DNA of 56,314 bases from Betaproteobacteria bacterium (lineage in GTDB: Bacteria > Pseudomonadota > Gammaproteobacteria > Burkholderiales > JAYUZG01). Positions 9,495 to 18,596 of this stretch are shown in pieces. The notes below the pieces were generated by a model. That model was given only the letters and a program-made list of their open reading frames with translations. It ran no database searches and was not told where the DNA came from. Both the position numbers and the translations under genes were made by a program. The stretch spans positions 1 through 56,314 of the forward strand of contig JAYUZG010000010.1 of the NCBI GenBank assembly GCA_043751985.1, in the 5' to 3' direction. Each line of letters starts with the position of its first letter. Within the stretch, counting starts at the first letter, position 1.

Positions 9495-10595
9495 GTGCCG
9501 CAGTCGGGCCGCGACATGATCCCCAATGATCTGTTAACACGGATGGCCAACGCGCTGCGGCTTGATCCGGCACGCTTGCTGACGGCGGAGCCGTCATCCC
9601 GCACGCTGCAACTGCCGTGGGCAGTCGGCGAAAAGGTTACTGCCATCGTGCACGAAAATATTGGCGCCGGGCGCACTCTGGCACTGGTTGGTGACTTACC
9701 GCTGAATTTGAAACTTCCCTTTCCGGTGAAGCCCGGTGAGCGATTCGAGCTGACCTTGATGGCGAAGCAGCCGAGCCCGCTATTTTCCCTCGCGGATTCG
9801 TCCGCGGGCGCTGCGACCAAAGTGCAGTCAGTACAGCTGTCGCGCGCCGCGCAGTTGGTCGGGCAACTGGTCCCCAATGCCAGGCAAGCGCCGGTCGAAA
9901 GCGAGCTGATGAAGCGCACACAACAGGCTGGCGCGCCGCCACTGCTGACGGCGCCGACTGCGGACATTGCAAAAATTGCGCAGGCGCTGAAGCAAGGCGT
10001 ATCCGAAAGCGGTCTGTTCTACGAGTCGCATCAAGCGCAATGGGTACAAGGTGATCGTCCACGTGATGCACTGCTGCGCGAACCGCAAGGAAAATTGCCG
10101 CCGCTACAATTTCCAACACAGTCCATGCGCGCGGACCCTGTCAACGACCATCCGCTGACACGAGACTCCATCGCGGCGAGCAGCGTGAACGCCGAGGTTG
10201 CTTCGACGAAACCGGCGCCCGACATGGTGCATTCGCAAGCCATCCCGCAAATTCAGCAGCAGTTGCAAACTCTCGATTCGCATCGAATTATCTGGCTGGG
10301 TCAGCCGTGGCCGGGGCTCGCATTGGAATGGCGCATTGAGGATCCGCCGCAGCGCGAAGGTAGCGAGACGCAGGCTCTCACTTGGAATACCCGGCTCAAT
10401 CTTTCCTTGCCCGATCTCGGCGCAGTCGAGGCGCGGCTGGCGCTGTCCGGCACGCAAATTCGTCTGCAATTGTCAGTCGAGAACACGGCGACGCGCCAAC
10501 GTTTGCTCGGAGATCAGGGTTACCTGACTCAGTCGCTGGCCGGCGCCGGTCTGCAGCTCGGACAGTTTGCGGTGGACGCAGATGGCCAAGGCTGA
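9495..10595 (+). CDS. fliK: Flagellar hook-length control protein FliK
   Basis: Pro/Gln/Ala-rich central region and a C-terminal Flg_hook-like domain ('LGQPWPGLALEWRIE...LNLSLPDLGAVEARLALSGTQIRLQLSVENTATRQRL'). Start is ambiguous (GTG 9495 or ATG 9516). Confidence 0.75.
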   Translation: MPQSGRDMIPNDLLTRMANALRLDPARLLTAEPSSRTLQLPWAVGEKVTAIVHENIGAGRTLALVGDLPLNLKLPFPVKPGERFELTLMAKQPSPLFSLADSSAGAATKVQSVQLSRAAQLVGQLVPNARQAPVESELMKRTQQAGAPPLLTAPTADIAKIAQALKQGVSESGLFYESHQAQWVQGDRPRDALLREPQGKLPPLQFPTQSMRADPVNDHPLTRDSIAASSVNAEVASTKPAPDMVHSQAIPQIQQQLQTLDSHRIIWLGQPWPGLALEWRIEDPPQREGSETQALTWNTRLNLSLPDLGAVEARLALSGTQIRLQLSVENTATRQRLLGDQGYLTQSLAGAGLQLGQFAVDADGQG

Positions 10596-10857
10596 GCGGC
10601 AGCGCGCCGCGGTTGCCCTAGCGTATCAACAAGGCGAAGGCGCGCCACACGTGGTGGCCAAAGGACGCGGTCTGATGGCCCAGTCCATCATCGAGCGGGC
10701 GCATGCCGCCGGCGTGTACGTGCACGAGTCGCCCGAATTGGTGTCGCTGCTGATGCAAGTTGATCTGGATCAGCACATTCCCGCGCAGCTCTATGTGGCG
10801 GTAGCCGAACTGCTGGCCTGGCTGTATCGCGTCGAGCAGGCAGCGCCTCAGGCTTGA
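10582..10857 (+). CDS. Stand-alone FlhB C-terminal (EscU/YscU-family, YlqH/FlhX-like) protein
   Basis: 'AVALAYQQGEGAPHVVAKGRGLMAQSIIERAHAAGVYVHESPELVSLL...IPAQLYVAVAELLAWLY' matches the FlhB cytoplasmic CC subdomain. The ATG at 10582 overlaps the fliK 3' end. Confidence 0.8.
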   Translation: MAKAERQRAAVALAYQQGEGAPHVVAKGRGLMAQSIIERAHAAGVYVHESPELVSLLMQVDLDQHIPAQLYVAVAELLAWLYRVEQAAPQA

Positions 10858-13427
10858 AGCGTGCGCACCAGTTCGCTCTCCAGCCGGATCACCGCCTTGG
10901 TATCGGCGAGCGAGCCGCCGGTCACCAGAAACGTGTCTTCCGCGCGCTCGCCCAAGGTATTGATTTTCGCGTTGTGCAGGTTGATACCGTAGTCCACAAG
11001 AACCCGCGCCACCCGTGACAGCAAACCGGGGCGGTCTCCCGCGACAATGTTGAGGTAGTAGAGATTGCCGCGCTCGTCCGCATGTACCGCGACCGTCGGC
11101 GTAATAGGGAAGCTGCGCAGTTGGCGAGATAAGCGGCCCTGCGCGAGCGCTGGCAACGGCCCTTTGTTCTGGATCATTTGCGCCAGTTCATGCTCCACGA
11201 AGTTCATCACGTCACGGTAATTTTCAGTCTCGCCGAGCGGGTCCATCACCAAAAAGCTGTCCAGCGCGTAGCCATGCCGAGTGGTGTAAATTTTCGCATC
11301 GACAATGGAAAATCGCATCGATTCAAAGAAGCTGCAAATGCGCGCGAACAGCATTTTTTCGTCTGGCGTGTACACCAGCACCTGAATGCCTTGATCGACT
11401 GAGCTCAAGCGAGCTTTCACGATGCACGCACCACTGGCAAAGCGGTAATTGAGAAGGCGCGTGTGCCAGGCGACTTCTTCGCCGTCGTGGCGCAAGAAGT
11501 AGGCGTCGTCGAGTTTGCTCCAGAATTTCTCCTGCACGCCCGCAGGAATGGCCTGCGCGCGTAGCGCCGCAAGCGCCTCCTCCTGACAGACTTGAACTCC
11601 ATCGCGCACCGGCGTGCCGTCAGCGAGCAACACGCGCCGGGTTTCGCGGAATAAGGTCTCCAGCAATCGTGCTTTCCAGGCGTTCCACACTTTGGGGCTG
11701 GTGCCGCGAATATCCGCTACCGTTAGCAAGTACAACGCCACCAAGTAGCGATCATTGGCAATTTGCCGGGCAAACGACTGGATCACCGCCGGGTCAGACA
11801 AGTCTTGCTTTTGCGCCGTCGCGGACATGAATAAATGCTTTTCTACCAGCCATACCACCAGTCCCGTATCTTCGATCGACAGAGCGTGATTGCGGCAAAA
11901 ACGCAGCGCATCGACGCGGCCGAGTTGCGAATGGTCGCCGCCGCGGCCTTTGGCGATATCGTGGAACACGCCAGCGAGATAGAGCACTTCCGGGCGCGCG
12001 AATTCGGCCATCAGGCGACTGCACAGCGGATACTCATGCGCCATTTCGGCTAACGCAAAACGACGCAGATTTCGAACCACGGTGAGGATGTGGTGATCCA
12101 CGGTGTAGACGTGAAACAGATCGTGCTGCATTCTTCCGACGATGCGCCCAAACGCCGGAATGTAGCGGCCCAACACGCCGTATTGGTTCATCCTGCGCAG
12201 CGCATGGGTGATGCCGGCGGGTTCGCGCAGGATTTGCATGAACAGCGCTCGATTAGATGCGCTGGCGCGGAACCGCGCATCGATCCGCGGCAGCGCATGC
12301 CAGATGGCGCGCGCAGTGGCCGTGGTAAAGCCCTTCAATTCCGGATGCCGTTGCATCACCAGAAATACTTCCAGCAGGGCTGCCGGTTCCTGCTCAAACA
12401 AGCGTGCCGCACGCAATTCCAGCAATTCGCCGTGCGCGGCGAAGCGGTCCGACAAGGCGCGCGGCGGCGTGTCGGCCGCGGGCGTGAGACGCAGTGCAAG
12501 GCTTTGCAAGGCAAGCGTATTGAACAACGTGACGGCCTTCGCGCTCTGATAAAACAATTGCATCAGTTGTTCGCTGGCACGGCGCGCGGACGAGTCGCGC
12601 AAGCCCAATTGGGCGGCCAATGCAACTTGCGCGTCGAACACCAGCCGGTCTTCGCGCCGGCCCGCCCAATAGTGCAGGCGCACGCGCAAGTCCTCCAGCA
12701 GCTTCTCGTGGCGTTTGGCCTGCCGCACTTCTTCACGGGTAAGAATGCCGCTGCGGTTTATTGCGTCCCAACTGTTTCCCAGTCCGGCCGCGCCGCTGAC
12801 CCACAGAATCATTTGCAGATCGCGCAACCCGCCCGGCCCTTCCTTGATGTTGGGTTCAAGATTGGACGCCGTGTCGTTGTGCCGGCCGTGCCGTTGCTGC
12901 TGCTCGATCAGCTTGCTCTCGAGGAAACGACGCGCGTCCAGGCCCGAGTTGAGCGTCTGACGCAAGTTGTCGAACGACGCGGCACTTCCGCTGATCAGCC
13001 GCGCTTCCAGCAGCGCGGTCTGAATGGTGACATCACGCTGTGATTCCGCCACGCACTCAGGCACCGTGCGCACGCTGTGGCCGATTTCCAGGCCGATATC
13101 CCACAGCGTGCTGACCAAACTCTCGATGCGGGCGGAATCGTCGCTGGCGGGAGTCGCCGGCGCCAGTATCAGGACGTCAACGTCGGAGTAGGGGAACAGT
13201 TTTCCGCGGCCGTAACCGCCGGCCGCGATCAGTGCCATGGCGGGCGATAAATTCAATTGTGTCCACACGTCGCGCAACAACTGATCGGTGTGCCGCGCGG
13301 TCTGCTTCAACGCGGTCGACGCGCGGCCAACCGCGAGAAAGCGGTCGCGCAGTCGAGCGCGGCTCGCACCGACCGCGTCTCTCCAGTGGCGGATGCCCTG
13401 GGCTTGTGCGCCGCTGGGTTCCAACAT
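10848..13427 (-). CDS. glnD: [Protein-PII] uridylyltransferase / uridylyl-removing enzyme GlnD
   Basis: Nucleotidyltransferase motif 'AAGGYGRGKLFPYSDVDVLIL', HD domain 'FHDIAKGRGGDHS', and two C-terminal ACT-like domains. ATG at 13427 is preferred; a TTG at 13439 is also open. Confidence 0.9.
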   Translation of the reverse strand: MLEPSGAQAQGIRHWRDAVGASRARLRDRFLAVGRASTALKQTARHTDQLLRDVWTQLNLSPAMALIAAGGYGRGKLFPYSDVDVLILAPATPASDDSARIESLVSTLWDIGLEIGHSVRTVPECVAESQRDVTIQTALLEARLISGSAASFDNLRQTLNSGLDARRFLESKLIEQQQRHGRHNDTASNLEPNIKEGPGGLRDLQMILWVSGAAGLGNSWDAINRSGILTREEVRQAKRHEKLLEDLRVRLHYWAGRREDRLVFDAQVALAAQLGLRDSSARRASEQLMQLFYQSAKAVTLFNTLALQSLALRLTPAADTPPRALSDRFAAHGELLELRAARLFEQEPAALLEVFLVMQRHPELKGFTTATARAIWHALPRIDARFRASASNRALFMQILREPAGITHALRRMNQYGVLGRYIPAFGRIVGRMQHDLFHVYTVDHHILTVVRNLRRFALAEMAHEYPLCSRLMAEFARPEVLYLAGVFHDIAKGRGGDHSQLGRVDALRFCRNHALSIEDTGLVVWLVEKHLFMSATAQKQDLSDPAVIQSFARQIANDRYLVALYLLTVADIRGTSPKVWNAWKARLLETLFRETRRVLLADGTPVRDGVQVCQEEALAALRAQAIPAGVQEKFWSKLDDAYFLRHDGEEVAWHTRLLNYRFASGACIVKARLSSVDQGIQVLVYTPDEKMLFARICSFFESMRFSIVDAKIYTTRHGYALDSFLVMDPLGETENYRDVMNFVEHELAQMIQNKGPLPALAQGRLSRQLRSFPITPTVAVHADERGNLYYLNIVAGDRPGLLSRVARVLVDYGINLHNAKINTLGERAEDTFLVTGGSLADTKAVIRLESELVRTLQA

Positions 13428-13428
13428 A

Positions 13429-14229
13429 TCAGGCAGCAAGCGTGGGTGGCGGAGGCGCGTTGGCCGACACCGTCAATACGTCGTAGCCGTCATCCGTCAC
13501 CAGGACCGTGTGCTCCCATTGCGCGGACAGACTGTGATCCTTGGTCACCACGGTCCAGCCGTCACCCAGTTGGCGAATGCCCGGCTTGCCCGCATTGATC
13601 ATGGGTTCGATGGTGAAGGTCATGCCCGCCTGCAGACGCAAGCCGGCGCCGCGGCGACCATAGTGCAACACCTGCGGCTCTTCATGGAAGCGGCGCCCGA
13701 TTCCGTGGCCGCAGAATTCGCGCACCACGCTGTAACCATGGTCCTCGGCATACCGTTGGATCACTTCGCCAATGTCGCCCAGGTGCGCGCCGGGTCGAAC
13801 CGCCGCGATGCCACGCCACATGCATTCAAAGGTAACGTCGCACAGGCGCTGCGCTTGAATGGAAGGTGCGCCGACGTAGAACATGCGGCTGGTGTCGCCG
13901 TGGAATTCGTCTTTGATGACGGTGACATCAATGTTCACGACATCGCCCGGTTTCAACACCTTGCCTCCGGGAATTCCGTGACACACGACGTGATTCACCG
14001 AGGTGCAAATGGAGCGCGGGTAGGGCGTGTAGCCGGGCGGCGCGTAGTTCAGTGGCGCGGGGATGGACTGCTGAACATTGAGCATGAAGTCGTGGCACAG
14101 ACGATCCAGCTCATCCGTGGTGACGCCCGGTTTGACTTGGGGCGCGATGAAATCCAGCACTTCGGAAGCGAGGCGCCCGGCGATTCGCATTTTCGCGATC
14201 TCATCCGGGGTCTTGATGGTCACTGACAT
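13429..14229 (-). CDS. map: Type I methionine aminopeptidase
   Basis: 'IKTPDEIAKMRIAGRLASEVLD', 'VCHGIPG', 'GDVVNIDVTV..DEFHGDTS', 'FCGHGIG' and 'FTIEPM' are all classic Map motifs. Start set at the internal ATG (MSVTIK). Confidence 0.95.
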   Translation of the reverse strand: MSVTIKTPDEIAKMRIAGRLASEVLDFIAPQVKPGVTTDELDRLCHDFMLNVQQSIPAPLNYAPPGYTPYPRSICTSVNHVVCHGIPGGKVLKPGDVVNIDVTVIKDEFHGDTSRMFYVGAPSIQAQRLCDVTFECMWRGIAAVRPGAHLGDIGEVIQRYAEDHGYSVVREFCGHGIGRRFHEEPQVLHYGRRGAGLRLQAGMTFTIEPMINAGKPGIRQLGDGWTVVTKDHSLSAQWEHTVLVTDDGYDVLTVSANAPPPPTLAA

Positions 14230-14385
14230 GAGACAAAGTTGGGGGAAAAGGCGCGCAATCATAGCACCCGGCTTGCGGGCCGCCGGTCTACATCCGAGAG
14301 AAAAGTTACCGATAGTAGGGATGGGGAGCGCCTCCCGCTGATTAGATCGAGGCGGCTTCGCCGGAATACCGGAGTTCAGGGAGAT

Positions 14386-15240
14386 ATGAAATTGGCGCAG
14401 ATCGCAGCGATTCGAGACCCGTTACTCAATGCCGCTACCGAATATAAAACGCAAGGATTTTTCATCGCGCGTGGGATTCTTCCCAAAGCGCGCGTCGAAG
14501 CCGTTTTCGCTGACATGCACGGATTGGTCGCGCAGCAATTGCAACACCGCGGATTGCCGATCAGTCGCGCGGAATCCGTCGAGTCGGTGCACCAGGATTT
14601 GCAAGCCTTGTTCAATTGCGATCTCACGGCTTACATTGCGACTTTGACTTTGTGTGCCAAGCTGACTTCTTTGTGGGAGTTGTACCTGCACCCGCAGGTG
14701 CGCGCACAGATCGCGGCAATCGGCATTGTTACCCCAGTCTTTCAGACTGCGCCGGTTTTGCACTTGATGTCACGCGCACTACAGATTCCCAACGGCTATC
14801 ACGGGGTTGGCGTACATCAGGACTGGCCTACTTTGCAGGGCGGTCTAGATACAGTCACGTTGTGGATGCCTTTCGTGGATGTCGATCGAAATCGGTTCAC
14901 TATGGAGGTGATACCGCGCAGCCACCTCGGCGGACTGTACCCTTATGCTCGACGCGAGCATATTTTCGAAGTCGATCCGAACTACTACCGCGAAGATGAT
15001 TTCGTCCCGATCGAGGCATGTTGCGGCGACGTCGTCTTCATGTCCAGTTTTACGCTGCATCGTAGCGGCAACCAAGGTGATGAGCGGTTGCGTCTGGCAA
15101 CCAGCATGCGCTACGAAAACGCCGTGGAACCGCATTTCATTGCGCGCGCCTATCCGTTTGCGCAAAAGCGCAGCGTGATTCCTGACTTGATCACCGCGAA
15201 TTTTCCCTCGCCCGAGCAAGTGCGAGCGGTTTTCGCATAA
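14386..15240 (+). CDS. Fe(II)/2-oxoglutarate dioxygenase, phytanoyl-CoA dioxygenase (PhyH) family
   Basis: H-x-D 'GVHQDWP' and distal His 'FTLHRSG' form a facial triad. PhyH-like N-terminus 'YKTQGFFIARGILP'. ATG at 14386 has GGGAG upstream. Confidence 0.78.
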   Translation: MKLAQIAAIRDPLLNAATEYKTQGFFIARGILPKARVEAVFADMHGLVAQQLQHRGLPISRAESVESVHQDLQALFNCDLTAYIATLTLCAKLTSLWELYLHPQVRAQIAAIGIVTPVFQTAPVLHLMSRALQIPNGYHGVGVHQDWPTLQGGLDTVTLWMPFVDVDRNRFTMEVIPRSHLGGLYPYARREHIFEVDPNYYREDDFVPIEACCGDVVFMSSFTLHRSGNQGDERLRLATSMRYENAVEPHFIARAYPFAQKRSVIPDLITANFPSPEQVRAVFA

Positions 15241-15249
15241 GCGCAGCCG

Positions 15250-16182
15250 ATGGCACGTTGGCGCAAACTGGGCAGAGCGTTTTGCTTACCCACATCCGAT
15301 GAGCGATCTACCACGCACGCGCAGGTACCGACTGTTTTGCTCAAGCCCGACGTAGTGCGGATCTACTTTGCCGCACGCAACCTGCAAGGCAGGAGCTATC
15401 CAGCCTATGTGGACGTGGCACGTGCCGACTTGACTCGGGTGGTTGCGGTCCAGGATCAGCCGGTCATGCCATACGGCAAGCCGGGAGCCTTTGATGACGA
15501 GGGGATCATGCCGGCCTGCATCGTCGAGCGCAACGAAGGCATCTGGATGTACTACAGTGGCTGGAATCGCCGCGTTAGCGTGCCGTATCACAATTCCACG
15601 GGACTGGCGTTAAGTGTCGACGGGGGCAATTCCTTTCAACGAAAGTTTGACGGCCCTTTGTTCGACCGAACACCAGAAGAACCCTATCTCGCAGTGACGC
15701 CCTCGGTCATGTGCGAGAACGATGCGTGGCGCGCCTGGTATATCTCCGGCTTGGGTTGGGAAAAAATTGCAGGCAAGTTCGAACCAGTCTACGTGATCAA
15801 GGCTGCGCACTCGGCAGACGGAATTCATTGGATGCGGCCGAACATTCAATGCATCGAGCAGCGTCACCCCTTGGAAGCGTTCTCTCACCCCACAGTGATC
15901 AAGCACGAGAAAACATATCACATGTGGTATTGCCATCGGCATAGCGAAGACTACCGCGACGGCGGAGGTAGCTACCGCATCGGTTACGCGCGCTCAGACA
16001 ATGGAATCAATTGGCAACGGCATGACGAGGCGGCTGGCATTGCGCCGTCCAGTGACGGGTGGGATTCGACCATGCAATGCTATCCCTACGTCATCCATAT
16101 CGATGGCCAGACTTACATGTTTTACAACGGCAACGGATTCGGCCAGTCAGGAATTGGCGTGGCCATCCTAGATCAATGGTAA
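15250..16182 (+). CDS. Predicted five-bladed beta-propeller protein (GH43/GH32/GH130-superfamily-like), function unknown
   Basis: Repeated blade-like segments with Trp/Tyr-rich strands ('GIWMYYSGWN', 'DAWRAWYISGLGW', 'KTYHMWYCHR', 'YRIGYARSDNGINW', 'GQTYMFYNGNGFGQSGIGVA'). Assignment is by pattern only. Confidence 0.45.
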   Translation: MARWRKLGRAFCLPTSDERSTTHAQVPTVLLKPDVVRIYFAARNLQGRSYPAYVDVARADLTRVVAVQDQPVMPYGKPGAFDDEGIMPACIVERNEGIWMYYSGWNRRVSVPYHNSTGLALSVDGGNSFQRKFDGPLFDRTPEEPYLAVTPSVMCENDAWRAWYISGLGWEKIAGKFEPVYVIKAAHSADGIHWMRPNIQCIEQRHPLEAFSHPTVIKHEKTYHMWYCHRHSEDYRDGGGSYRIGYARSDNGINWQRHDEAAGIAPSSDGWDSTMQCYPYVIHIDGQTYMFYNGNGFGQSGIGVAILDQW

Positions 16183-16216
16183 GCAGTGTAATGGGAATCA
16201 AAGACCTCCACCTATC

Positions 16217-17011
16217 ATGAAAGTCACGCCGATGAAACGTAGTTCAACGCGACAGATCGCGTCGTTCCAGACCGAGACCAGCGCCACGTCGAGTCAACTG
16301 AATGCGCGCGAACAACTGGAGCAGATGTTCCGGGCGTCCCCGTTGCCGTTAGAGGACCTGCTGTTCAACCTGGGAATGTACACGCGCAGCTCCTTGCTGG
16401 TGAAGTTCATCGTGATGCATCAACTCTATGAACGGATTCAAAATATTCCTGGGGCGTTGTTGGAATTTGGTACCTGGTGGGGACAGAACCTAGTCTTGCT
16501 GGAGAACCTGCGCGCGATTCATGAGCCCTTTAACAAGCAGCGCAAGATCATCGGCTTCGATACCTTTTCGGGTTACACCAAAGCATCGGACAAAGACAAG
16601 GCAAGCGAAGTCTGGGCCGAGAATTCTTATTCCACGGCCAAAGGCTATAAAGCTTATCTGGCCGAGTTGCTCCAGGTGCACGAGGGCAACAACGCGTTAG
16701 GGCATATCACCGGTAATCACGGATTGGTGGAAGGGGACGTGGAAAAAACCGCCTCGCAGTATTTCGTCGATCATCCGGAAACCATCGTGGCGTTGGCGTA
16801 TTTCGACATGGGACTGTACCAGCCCACCAAAGCTGCTATGGTGGCGATCAAACCGCACCTCGTCGCCGGCAGCGTCTTGCTGATGGATGAACTGACATGG
16901 GCGGAGTCGCCTGGTGAGGCGATCGCCTTCAAGGAAGTTTTTACGCGCGCTGAGTATGTCATCGAAAAATGCCCGCTGTATCCGTCCAAAGCTATTGTCA
17001 CAATCAAATGA
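16217..17011 (+). CDS. TylF/MycF-like class I SAM-dependent (O-)methyltransferase
   Basis: 'LEFGTWWGQN' (glycine-rich SAM loop), 'GFDTFSGY', and 'VALAYFDMGLYQPTKAAMVAIKPHLVAGSVLLMDEL' parallel the TylF-family layout. Confidence 0.65.
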   Translation: MKVTPMKRSSTRQIASFQTETSATSSQLNAREQLEQMFRASPLPLEDLLFNLGMYTRSSLLVKFIVMHQLYERIQNIPGALLEFGTWWGQNLVLLENLRAIHEPFNKQRKIIGFDTFSGYTKASDKDKASEVWAENSYSTAKGYKAYLAELLQVHEGNNALGHITGNHGLVEGDVEKTASQYFVDHPETIVALAYFDMGLYQPTKAAMVAIKPHLVAGSVLLMDELTWAESPGEAIAFKEVFTRAEYVIEKCPLYPSKAIVTIK

Positions 17012-17841
17012 CCGCCACGCCGGTTACGCTTGGAAAACATTCGCCGCGCGCCGAGTTCGCACCGATCAGCATGGCGCAGTTTGATTGTTTGATGGAGGCC
17101 CGCGGCTGGGTCGTCTTCGAAGCCGCGATCGAGCAAACACTCATCGATCGCATGCTTGAAGACATGCGTCAAGCCTACCGAGTTTGCCGCGAAGTGCAGC
17201 TCAAGAACGGAGTCGCGCGGGACACGGAATACACTGTCCATCATCTGATCGGTTTGGGCCAGAGCTTCTTGGATTTTCTCGAGGTGATGCCGATCAAACC
17301 TTTTATCGAACGCTATTTCGGTGGCAAGTACATTCTCAATTCGTTTGGTGGTGCGATCAATTCCGCGCACAGCCGCTCGTACGCGCATAAAATCCATCGA
17401 GATATCCGCTCATTCTCGGGAAACGCACCGCTGTTGCTCAACACATTGGTGATGTTCGATGCCTTCACCCCACAGAACGGCGCGACTTACTTGATGCCTG
17501 GCGGCCATCGAATGCCGAGCAAACCGAGCACTGCAGAATTTTTTTCTACGGCCCAACAAGCCGTGGGTCCAGCCGGTAGCATTCTGATCTTCAACTCGAA
17601 CTTGTGGCACGCTGGCGGAGAAAATAAAACCGATCATCCGCGGCGTTCAGTCACGCCGATGTTTTGCAAACCTTTCGTCAAACCGCAATTCGACTACCCG
17701 CGTGCGCTCGGCTACGACAAGGCTGATCAATTGTCCCCTGAGCTGCGCCAGATGCTCGGCTATAACTCGCGCATTCCGGCAACGCTGGATGAATGGTATC
17801 AACCATCCGAGCAGAGAATGTATCGGTCAGACCAAGGCTAG
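17008..17841 (+). CDS. Fe(II)/2-oxoglutarate dioxygenase, PhyH family (second copy)
   Basis: H-x-D 'KIHRDI', distal His 'NLWHAGGEN', and 'RRSV' as the 2OG-binding Arg. The ATG overlaps the upstream stop (ATGA), indicating translational coupling. Confidence 0.78.
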   Translation: MTATPVTLGKHSPRAEFAPISMAQFDCLMEARGWVVFEAAIEQTLIDRMLEDMRQAYRVCREVQLKNGVARDTEYTVHHLIGLGQSFLDFLEVMPIKPFIERYFGGKYILNSFGGAINSAHSRSYAHKIHRDIRSFSGNAPLLLNTLVMFDAFTPQNGATYLMPGGHRMPSKPSTAEFFSTAQQAVGPAGSILIFNSNLWHAGGENKTDHPRRSVTPMFCKPFVKPQFDYPRALGYDKADQLSPELRQMLGYNSRIPATLDEWYQPSEQRMYRSDQG

Positions 17842-17846
17842 AACCC

Positions 17847-18596
17847 ATGCGCAATCTGAACGCGGAATTTGCTGATACCGACCAACGTAAGTACGCCTAC
17901 GAGTTTGATTACCTTCTGCGCGACTACATGTGGCAGACCTTCTTGCCATTCTTGAGCGACGGTAGGGCACTCGAAATGGGTTGTTACCAAGGCGAATTCA
18001 CGCGCAAGATTTGCGAGCACTTTGATGACGTCACAGTCATTGAAGGTGCCAGCGAACTCATCGAGCAGGCACGCCTTGCTGTGCGAAAACCGCGAGTGCG
18101 TTTCCTACATGGATATTTCGAAGGCGTTGCGCTAGACGAGCAGTTCGATTCGATCTTTCTCATCCATACGCTGGAGCATCTTGATAATCCGGTGCGGGTG
18201 CTCAAGCGAGTTGACGCTTGGCTTGCGCCTGGCGGGAAGCTGTTCCTGGTGGTGCCGAATGCCAATGCGCCCTCACGCCAAATCGCCGTGAAAATGGGAT
18301 TAATCTCACACAACGCTGCGGTGACCGCGGAAGAAGCAGCCCACGGGCATCGCCGCACCTATTCGCTGGATACCCTGGAACGTGATGCTCGCGCGGGGGG
18401 CCTGTCAATCCATAATCGCGGCGGAATTTTCTTTAAACCCTTTGCCAATATTCAGTTCGACAAGCTGGTGGCGGCAAAGATCATCGACAAAGGGTATCTC
18501 GACGGCTGCCACCAACTGGGGATGAGCTACCCAGATCTATGCGCCAGCATTTACCTAATTTGCGGGAAAGGCGGCAGCAGTTCAAATACCGCGTAG
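17847..18596 (+). CDS. Class I SAM-dependent methyltransferase (Methyltransf_11/23-like)
   Basis: 'ALEMGCYQGEFT' motif I, then 'FDSIFLIHTLEHLDNPVRVLKRVDAWLAPGGKLFLVVPN'. Confidence 0.8.
   Translation: MRNLNAEFADTDQRKYAYEFDYLLRDYMWQTFLPFLSDGRALEMGCYQGEFTRKICEHFDDVTVIEGASELIEQARLAVRKPRVRFLHGYFEGVALDEQFDSIFLIHTLEHLDNPVRVLKRVDAWLAPGGKLFLVVPNANAPSRQIAVKMGLISHNAAVTAEEAAHGHRRTYSLDTLERDARAGGLSIHNRGGIFFKPFANIQFDKLVAAKIIDKGYLDGCHQLGMSYPDLCASIYLICGKGGSSSNTA

Noticed and set aside
12090-14226. 317-aa and 312-aa plus-strand ORFs (12090-13043, 13288-14226)
   Set aside because: They lie antisense to glnD and map, both of which carry canonical motifs. The translations are Arg/Ala/Gln-rich with no domain signatures.
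14239-14385. Long N-terminal ORF extensions in the six-frame track (also 40185-40370, 54096-54215, 51852-52007, 25505-25549, 3847-3900)
   Set aside because: The extensions are Arg/Ser-rich, lack ribosome-binding sites and often overlap neighbouring genes. Internal starts give canonical N-termini or signal peptides and are preceded by Shine-Dalgarno sequences.
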